Assembly (NCBI GenBank): GCA_965242965.1
Contig: OZ251518.1
Span: 2,464,001 to 2,528,000, forward strand
Direction of reading: 5' to 3'
DNA: 64,000 nt
Origin: Candidatus Poribacteria bacterium
GTDB taxonomy: Bacteria > Poribacteria > WGA-4E > WGA-3G
The position numbers and the translations under genes were made by a program. The notes under the pieces are model-generated. The model did no database searches. It had not been told where the DNA came from and saw nothing but the letters and a program-made list of their open reading frames with translations. Of this stretch, positions 57,140 to 64,000 are shown piece by piece. The first letter of the stretch is position 1; each line of letters opens with the position of its first letter.

Positions 57140-60100
57140 CTATTTGAGCCGCTTAAGATCTACGTCTGCAACGGAGAACGGCTTAGGTGGTGCCGCCTGC
57201 TTGTCCGGCGCAGATTCAGGCGGCGGTTCTGAGGCAACTGCCTCAGTCGGTTCAGATGTCTGACCGGATTCCGTTCCCGGTTCGCCTTCAGCCCAAACAG
57301 ATTCGTCCTCCGCGGTGCTACTGCTTGAGGCAGTGGGATGTCGCTGCACATTTTCGCTTTCTGCTTCAGCGAAAGCACCAGAGATATGTTCAGCTTCTTC
57401 GGAGGAATGTTCTTCATAGCCTTCAGCCGATGTGTTCGGATTTGCCGTATTCCCGCCGATGGGGTTTGGGGGAACAGGGGGATTTTCAGCGGCGGCCGCA
57501 GGTGCCGCGTACGGCTGTTGTCCAGTCGTGTGGAAATGTGCGTAGACTATACCATCTGAATCGGGCGGTTCCACATTGCCTTCAGGATAGACTTCGTCCA
57601 AAAACGCCTTGTAAAAATCACTCAGTTTCCGGCGCGCGTCAAGGTTAGCAACATCCTTGAGCAATTGATTAATGACTCCATCGACAGTCTCACGTCCCAA
57701 CTGCGAGAATTTTGACTGAACCGCCTTGATGAACTCATCGTAAGAGGACTCATTTTCTTTACGCGAGAGCCGCTTAATTCCCCCCGGGTCATCGGACAAG
57801 CCAAGCGTTTGAACGAGCCCATCAACATAATACTCAAACACATATCTGCCGTGATGCAGCCGAAACACATCCGAAAACGCCTCGCTGTTGACACGACTGC
57901 AGATTTCAGGCACCAAACGCGCTAAAGCCCGACACCATCGCGTGAGCATATCGCCTTTGTGATGGAGCTCCAGGTCAAACAGATCTGGATTTTGATGAGT
58001 TCGATGCCCGTAAGCCGTCTGGCTCTGCTCAAAATGTTGCTTAAGCGTTTCGTAGGCTTCCAAGTCATCCAGCGCAAACCCGGCCTCCTCTTGGTAAAAA
58101 AAGAGGAGGTGGTCAACAGAAGATGGGCCGAGCCGCGGAAAGCCAAGATTCGGGCCGGTTAACTCGTGTTGTAGATTCGGCAATGCGTGCCCAGTCGGAT
58201 CGTGCCCGAAGATTATCTGCGGGGGTATTGCAAGCGCAAAGGGTTGATAGACAGAGCGGAACGTCTGATACGGATTCGAGCGGCCGGCTAGATTCCCAAT
58301 GTCGTTGCTTTTTTCGGTTAAAAGGGCCTGCGCTTTTGTAACGACAGCATCCACCTGAATTTGCGCTAACGCCAATTGGCGATAGGTTTCTGTCATTTGC
58401 CGCGTGATGTCTTCCGAGCTTCGTTCTAAAAACTCGCGCATCGTTTTCCCATTGAGCAATCTACTGTGAGTGTCCATGCTGGCGATTTGGTGGCGTAGCG
58501 CGTCAGCGTCAACATCAATCCGGTTTTGCGGGTTATTCGCGACGATTTTCACACACTCCGATTTAGGGGCGTTGACAGCAAAGTCGTAATCCGCCTTGAA
58601 TTTCCGAATACAGTTCCCCAGATGCGTCGCGACCTGGTCTAACCGCTGTTTAATCGTTTGTGGCGGATTGGGGCCGTCGGTATGCCTCGGTTGCACGCCA
58701 AAACCGAGCATCTCCCGAACCTCTTGCAAAACCGGCCGCAAAAAGTAATTCCGCAAACTGAGGTAAATACTCTCCCTGTCTCCGGAAATCAACCGGCAGT
58801 AGATGTCAATTAACGCTTTTCGATGCGCTTCGACCGATTGGGCTTGCAGGCCGATGAGTTTCGTCCACCGATTGTTCTCCGCGCGATGCATCGGCTCGAA
58901 ATCCAACCCATCAAGGTTTAAAGTGGACAACCGGTCTGGACAGGAATCAATCGTGTCCTTGATTTTTCCGTCTAGTGCTTGAAAGAACGCGCGGACATCC
59001 CCGAGGCCGTACGTGCCTTGGAAATCAATGCGGGCTAACTGGTTGTTCAAAGCAGCCCCAATTGCCTCGCGGAACTTCTTTTTACACTCAACCACCTGCA
59101 TGTCCATTAACTCAAAATATTGGCCGCCCTGGGCAAACTTGTGATGGAAAGGACCGCCTTCACCGGGTGGGAACGCTTGCATCAGGGTTTCCAATTGCCG
59201 AGATGTTGTGTTTTCCTTACCGAATTCTTGTCGCGCTTGACTCAGGTGTGACTCAATGCGGCTCTTGAGTGGCGACTGTCCTTCGGGATGGGTTAACACA
59301 TCCATGTTCCCTCTTAACATCGCCTTCCATTCCTGGTCTGCGTCCGCCACGCTGGTAGCCTTAGGGACATGCGCGCCTCGCCAATTTTCGCATAATTTCT
59401 CGCTGATTAAACATGCAGATGCGCTGGCGATACGATATTTGGGATACCACACCGCTGTCAGGCCAAAACTAGCGAGACATCTCACCATCATGGCAATCTC
59501 ACCTTCTTGCACGGGTTTTAAGTTCCCGTAACCAGGGTAACTTTCCCAATCGGTGCGGATGGCTTCTTTTTGGCCGTCAGTATCTCCAGCGGCCTCGGCG
59601 AAGAGATTCAGGGCAACCATCAGGTTCAAGCCCTCCTCATCAAATCCCCCGCCCGGGAGTGTAAACTTAAGGAGAGGGTTTTTGCCGCTACGGGAGACAA
59701 GCATCGCGTAGTCAAAAGGTTTTTGGGTAGGATTTCCTACCCCGTGCCCACTTGGAAAGGTAACATTATACCTCGTATTGGAGTGGTTATAGTAATTTAA
59801 TTCGGAAAGGCTCGCGTAGCAATTTGCGGCCCGAACAGCAGTATCTTGGTGTCCGGTCGCTTGCTCTTTGTCATACATCGTAAAAATGCCATAAATCCTG
59901 TTGGCATCGTTACCACTCAGAAGATTTCTGAAAAAGTATGCGATGTCAATGAGCATTCCGCTACAAGAACCGCCGCAGAGGGAGCCAACGACATAGACAT
60001 TAATGGCATCTGAGTCTACGAGTCGTCCATCGGGCACTTGCCCTTGGGCCGTGTAGTGCTGGTTCAGAATATCAACCGTCTCCTGCGTTGTCGCCGGTGC

Positions 60101-60535
60101 GATGATGGCATCTCGCGCCCGAAAGAACGTGTTCTGCATCTGCTCCCAATTTTCCCAGAGACACAGCCTTCCTGCCATCCGAATATTGCTGGCACCGGCT
60201 TGAAAACTTTGGGCAAAGTCCAAGAGCTGCGGATTGAGCCACTCCGCCAGCTGCGGTTTGTGAAGTGGATGACCGGGTGTCAGGCGGAGACGAATCGGGC
60301 CGGTGTCATCAATCGTCGCGCTGACAACCGTGATTTGCTCGTAATCTTTTTGTCTCTCCGTTGACATCAGACTCGGGTCTTCCCCTTTCTCATCGCCATC
60401 TGTCTCAATAGCAATATAACGGAAGATAGGCAGCCCGGCGCGCGTATATTCCTCAGCCATGAGTTGGCGGAGGCTCTTTAGAATTTTTGTGCCGGTTGTT
60501 CCAAGTCCGACAAATAGCGTTGGTTTAATCATCAT
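57140..60535 (-). CDS. Large tubulin/FtsZ-like protein (Tubulin_2 / FtsZl1-type) with a helical extension and a disordered acidic tail
   Basis: 'LFVGLGTTGTKIL', 'IAIETD', 'GASNIRMAGRL', signature-loop variant 'GSLCGGSCSGMLID', 'ANCYASLSEL', 'PFD'; start ATG 60535 with AAGGAG RBS. Confidence 0.87.
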   Translation of the reverse strand: MMIKPTLFVGLGTTGTKILKSLRQLMAEEYTRAGLPIFRYIAIETDGDEKGEDPSLMSTERQKDYEQITVVSATIDDTGPIRLRLTPGHPLHKPQLAEWLNPQLLDFAQSFQAGASNIRMAGRLCLWENWEQMQNTFFRARDAIIAPATTQETVDILNQHYTAQGQVPDGRLVDSDAINVYVVGSLCGGSCSGMLIDIAYFFRNLLSGNDANRIYGIFTMYDKEQATGHQDTAVRAANCYASLSELNYYNHSNTRYNVTFPSGHGVGNPTQKPFDYAMLVSRSGKNPLLKFTLPGGGFDEEGLNLMVALNLFAEAAGDTDGQKEAIRTDWESYPGYGNLKPVQEGEIAMMVRCLASFGLTAVWYPKYRIASASACLISEKLCENWRGAHVPKATSVADADQEWKAMLRGNMDVLTHPEGQSPLKSRIESHLSQARQEFGKENTTSRQLETLMQAFPPGEGGPFHHKFAQGGQYFELMDMQVVECKKKFREAIGAALNNQLARIDFQGTYGLGDVRAFFQALDGKIKDTIDSCPDRLSTLNLDGLDFEPMHRAENNRWTKLIGLQAQSVEAHRKALIDIYCRLISGDRESIYLSLRNYFLRPVLQEVREMLGFGVQPRHTDGPNPPQTIKQRLDQVATHLGNCIRKFKADYDFAVNAPKSECVKIVANNPQNRIDVDADALRHQIASMDTHSRLLNGKTMREFLERSSEDITRQMTETYRQLALAQIQVDAVVTKAQALLTEKSNDIGNLAGRSNPYQTFRSVYQPFALAIPPQIIFGHDPTGHALPNLQHELTGPNLGFPRLGPSSVDHLLFFYQEEAGFALDDLEAYETLKQHFEQSQTAYGHRTHQNPDLFDLELHHKGDMLTRWCRALARLVPEICSRVNSEAFSDVFRLHHGRYVFEYYVDGLVQTLGLSDDPGGIKRLSRKENESSYDEFIKAVQSKFSQLGRETVDGVINQLLKDVANLDARRKLSDFYKAFLDEVYPEGNVEPPDSDGIVYAHFHTTGQQPYAAPAAAAENPPVPPNPIGGNTANPNTSAEGYEEHSSEEAEHISGAFAEAESENVQRHPTASSSSTAEDESVWAEGEPGTESGQTSEPTEAVASEPPPESAPDKQAAPPKPFSVADVDLKRLK

Positions 60536-60564
60536 GCGCTCCTTCTGGATGCACTCTGGGTTCA

Positions 60565-60960
60565 CTACCTCTTTTTAGGGTTAGGATTCTCAACCCGCAT
60601 TTTTTCAGAGGACACGTTGGCTCTGGTTCCTGTCGCCCCTTGGGTTGATAGGGACACTAGCAGACAAACGTCCACAATCAAAATCAGCACATAGAGTGCC
60701 AGATAGATAGGGACATACCACCACTCGGCGAGCCGCGGGATGGCGCGGAGACAAATCCAGATGGACAGAACCGCTCCTCCAAATATGTGAGCCCCGAGCG
60801 CGATGCCCCACGCGAGCGTTGTCGCTCGTTCAATCCCGATTTTGTTCATCAATAACCGGGCAAATACAAACGCGAAGAACCACACGAAACCGTATGCGGC
60901 AACGTAAAGGTAAACAGGCAAAATCAACGGATCTACGAAAAAGTCAGCGATTATCTCCAT
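60565..60960 (-). CDS. Small 3-TM membrane protein
   Basis: 131 aa; three hydrophobic helices; AAGGAG RBS. Confidence 0.78.
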   Translation of the reverse strand: MEIIADFFVDPLILPVYLYVAAYGFVWFFAFVFARLLMNKIGIERATTLAWGIALGAHIFGGAVLSIWICLRAIPRLAEWWYVPIYLALYVLILIVDVCLLVSLSTQGATGTRANVSSEKMRVENPNPKKR

Positions 60961-61137
60961 CTGAGCTCCTTGCGTTGAGATTTAACTCATTTTAAGTATA
61001 CCATATTCCCACCCAAATTTGCAAATTAAAATTTGCTGGATTGGGTTCGGGAAATGTTCAGGTAACCTCGCTGTTAATCATAACATATTTTGCACATTTT
61101 TGCAAATTAAAAATGTGCCGGGGAATTTGTGCAAACG

Positions 61138-63069
61138 CTACCTGTCCAGCGGGTTGGAACCGTTGCCCTGTTCTACATCAATAGGAAAAGATTCCGGACC
61201 CTTCTCCTGTCCTCTCCCAATCTCCTCTGTCACGATTTCAAAATCAACATGAACCTGCTCGTCATCGCCGCGCGTTAAAATTAGCCGCTCTTGAGTCTCT
61301 AAGTGCCTGCCTTCATTGGCATCGGCATCCTCAAAAAGCAGAATCTCCGCGTTTTCGTCGCAGTACAAGAAAGCGGCACTTCCGACATCAAAATGCAAGC
61401 CAGCGTCGTCGTCTTGTCCAAACGCGAGAATTGTCTCTTTCGTCAGTGTAAAGTATCGCTTCTCGCCGAGGGGCGTTCCGGCTGCAGTGACTTGCGCTAA
61501 CCCAATCTGGTGCTCAATCTGCGGCCCTGTTATCCATGCTTTTCCTCGGCGCAGGAGGAAAAACAGCGCGCCGATTAGCAGAATAAGGAGAGGAATAACC
61601 AATAGCCACATCGGAAAACCGCCACCCCCGCCTTGGAGTTTAAACGGCACACCGATTGTCGCAAATCTCGGGGTCCCCTCGTAAGTATACTCAATATCCA
61701 ATGCCAACTTGTTGCCATACCAATCCAAGTCGTTCTCTTTCGGCACCTTGACGCTGAACGGCGTGTCTAAACTATCCGGTGTGTTTGACACGCTCGCAGC
61801 GCAAAGTTTACGGCCGTCTTTATACTGGACGTGTGAGCGGACCTGGGTGATTTGGAAAGCACCTTTGTTAGGGCTCTCACTCTGAACAACGAGTTTTACG
61901 GAATACGCGTCCTCCGAGAAAACTAGTTCCAACTGTTTGGCTGGTTGACGCGGATTCTCCTGATGGGAGATATAGACGCTATCAATCACCGCTGTGTAGT
62001 TCATGAGCGGCACTGGATGGACTTTGTCCACGCCGTCGTAGGTATAGGTGACTTCAAGTTTCAACTGATTGCCGGGAGTAGCGAGCTCAGGATTGGCGGG
62101 GAACGGTATCCGGAGCGCGTAAGGCGGCGAACTGCTACCTAGTGGGACCGGGTTGAGTTGGAGTGCCTCAACTTCGTTGTCTTGGTTCGCGACTTGAAGG
62201 GGCTTGCGGTTGTTATCGACAACTTCCACGGTAAGGCTGTCCAATTGAAATTTCGCCTTCTGGGAGTTTTTAGTGTCAATGACAAGGGTTTCGCTGATAA
62301 ATTGCCCCGCGTTGTCCTCTGAAAGGGACAACTTTGTGGCGGGCTCATCGGGCTTCATCTGATTGGCGATGAAAATGGTATCGATGTCGCGTCGTTTCTG
62401 AAGCTTGCGAACCTCGATTTTGACGTGGTTATTGACGAGAATCCCTAAGACGAGTGGCGAGTAGTATTCTTCCTCGATTTCGGCGAGCCGCTTCAGGATG
62501 GAGGCGATGCCGGTATCGCTTTTGCCGCTGTTATCAATGTCACCATCTGTCACGAAGAGCCAATAGGTTTCGTCGTCTCCTTCGCGGTATAACTCGTTGT
62601 AGACTTCGGTTTCGGCGCGGAGGAGGTAAGAGACGAGGCCGTAGAAAGATTCCTTCATCCGCGTCGGATTGGGCAGCTGCTTCTGAAATTCCGCCTTGTT
62701 CACCGGTTTTCGGCTGATTTTTTCGTTCCGCTGCTTTGCATATTCGGCGTAAGTCAAGACATCGCCGTTTTGGTAGAGCGGTTTGCTGACGTAAGCAGCA
62801 TCGCCTTCCTTGATGTAGGTGTCGTCAATGTCGCGCAGCGGATGCGCGGCGTTGGTGAAAAGCAGGTTTGTCACGTAGTCGTTGACGCGCCGAATGTCAT
62901 CGGATTCCATATAGGTAGTGTAGGTATCCTTGCCTGTCTTGAGGCGGAACATGCTGCCGGACACATCGTAGATGACGATGATGTGTTTGGCGGCGACAGG
63001 CGCGGCACAGATTATTATCAAAACGAGCAGAACGGCGAAGAGCATTGGGTAGCGTGATACATTCGTCAT
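61138..63069 (-). CDS. vWA-domain single-pass membrane protein with a possible degenerate FHA-like cytoplasmic domain
   Basis: Signal peptide; MIDAS 'YDVSGSM' and 'FVTDG'; two beta-rich repeats; TM 'MWLLVIPLLILLIGALFFLL'; beta-rich cytoplasmic tail. Confidence 0.82.
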   Translation of the reverse strand: MTNVSRYPMLFAVLLVLIIICAAPVAAKHIIVIYDVSGSMFRLKTGKDTYTTYMESDDIRRVNDYVTNLLFTNAAHPLRDIDDTYIKEGDAAYVSKPLYQNGDVLTYAEYAKQRNEKISRKPVNKAEFQKQLPNPTRMKESFYGLVSYLLRAETEVYNELYREGDDETYWLFVTDGDIDNSGKSDTGIASILKRLAEIEEEYYSPLVLGILVNNHVKIEVRKLQKRRDIDTIFIANQMKPDEPATKLSLSEDNAGQFISETLVIDTKNSQKAKFQLDSLTVEVVDNNRKPLQVANQDNEVEALQLNPVPLGSSSPPYALRIPFPANPELATPGNQLKLEVTYTYDGVDKVHPVPLMNYTAVIDSVYISHQENPRQPAKQLELVFSEDAYSVKLVVQSESPNKGAFQITQVRSHVQYKDGRKLCAASVSNTPDSLDTPFSVKVPKENDLDWYGNKLALDIEYTYEGTPRFATIGVPFKLQGGGGGFPMWLLVIPLLILLIGALFFLLRRGKAWITGPQIEHQIGLAQVTAAGTPLGEKRYFTLTKETILAFGQDDDAGLHFDVGSAAFLYCDENAEILLFEDADANEGRHLETQERLILTRGDDEQVHVDFEIVTEEIGRGQEKGPESFPIDVEQGNGSNPLDR

Positions 63070-63070
63070 A

Positions 63071-64000
63071 TCAGTCTCCTAATAGATTCAGGCAAACGAG
63101 CCGGGCTTTGCACAGAATAAAGAGTTTGTTACTATATTGAATAGGCGCGGCAACGGGAGCAGGATTATCTGGTTTCCCCATGGCCAGTGATTGATGCAAC
63201 ACGGCGTGAGTGGGTTCAAGTCGCTGGATGGTAAGTCCAGCGGAATGCGCGGAATAAATTCGGTTGTTCACGGCAATTGAGCGGTGTGGGACAAACCGGG
63301 CTTGCGGGTTGTTCTGAGGTAAACTCTTCCCTGCGGAGAAAACAGCGTCCCCATTACTATCGCTCAGGTAGATATAGAGTGTTTGTCCCCCGCGGTCGGA
63401 CAGGAAGAGCCGCTGTCCATCGGTGAGCGGCGGATGAACAAAGAGGTTCAGATGTTGTTCTACATTTGAAACTTCGTCTAAAGTTGCCACGGGGGACAGT
63501 CGTTTGGTTCGCGGTTCATAACGGGCAAGACTGCGCCTTCGGCTTTCGGTATGCAAGGCTTCAAAATAGACGCTACTGCCGAGTGATGTAGGCGAGGAGA
63601 AGAATAGCGAGGGATAAGACTTGACGACGCTGTTAAAGGCTCCCTTCTCAATGTTAATCGCGAAGATACGTCCCTGTTTGCAGGTGAAAACGACATGCTC
63701 GCCACAAAGCGTGGGAGACGTGGGACCGTTGTCGACGTTGAAGAAAGCGTGCGGGATGTAGTGTCCGTTGCGGCTAACTAGTTCTAAGAACAATACGCCT
63801 TGTTGCGTGCCGACAATCATGGTTGGTTTGCCGGCGACATTGCATTTTAGCGGAGCGCATTCAGGCAGCGGTTGAATTTGGGCGGCATCCACTCCTCTTA
63901 TCTCAACGGGTTCCGATTTCCCATTTAAAACGGAGGTTTTGTGAATGCCGCCTGCAACGACGTAATAGAGATGGAGTCCATGGTAGATAGGCGTGCAGCC
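63071..64000 (-). CDS. PQQ/BamB-like beta-propeller protein, truncated by the window edge
   Basis: Frame is open from 64000 ('GCTPIYHGLHLYYV...'); repeats 'SPTL..EHVVF', 'SSPT....VYF', 'PPLTDGQRLF', 'APIQYSNKLF'. Confidence 0.72.
   Translation of the reverse strand, partial: GCTPIYHGLHLYYVVAGGIHKTSVLNGKSEPVEIRGVDAAQIQPLPECAPLKCNVAGKPTMIVGTQQGVLFLELVSRNGHYIPHAFFNVDNGPTSPTLCGEHVVFTCKQGRIFAINIEKGAFNSVVKSYPSLFFSSPTSLGSSVYFEALHTESRRRSLARYEPRTKRLSPVATLDEVSNVEQHLNLFVHPPLTDGQRLFLSDRGGQTLYIYLSDSNGDAVFSAGKSLPQNNPQARFVPHRSIAVNNRIYSAHSAGLTIQRLEPTHAVLHQSLAMGKPDNPAPVAAPIQYSNKLFILCKARLVCLNLLGD

Overview
Bacterial genomic window, probably from Candidatus Poribacteria or a similar sponge symbiont. That is an inference from the WD40/dockerin protein ending in a 'NYPNPFNPETWIPY' domain, the PhyH and Uma2 paralogs and the dense GTAG-palindrome repeats. 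Three blocks stand out. (1) A defence region at 0.4-15 kb: a Type IIG-like restriction-modification (R-M) gene, a small very acidic ORF, a 20-repeat CRISPR array and a type III-A (Csm) operon. The operon has an HD-less Cas10, a Csm5 with an S1-like insertion, a CARF-HEPN effector, an internally deleted and frameshifted cas6, a probable csx1 remnant and no cas1/cas2. (2) A mixed metabolic and surface-protein region at 15-47 kb with a second, Type ISP-like R-M gene and many REP/BIME-like clusters. (3) A minus-strand cluster of at least 17 kb running off the right edge: beta-propeller, vWA-TM protein, 3-TM protein, large tubulin/FtsZ-like protein, Zn-ribbon/Ig/Hsp70 fusion, degenerate Hsp70, two GrpE-domain paralogs, a membrane transglutaminase-like protein and an Ig/CBM48 protein. 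This cluster is the best candidate for an undescribed system. All family calls come from reading motifs by eye; no database searches were run.
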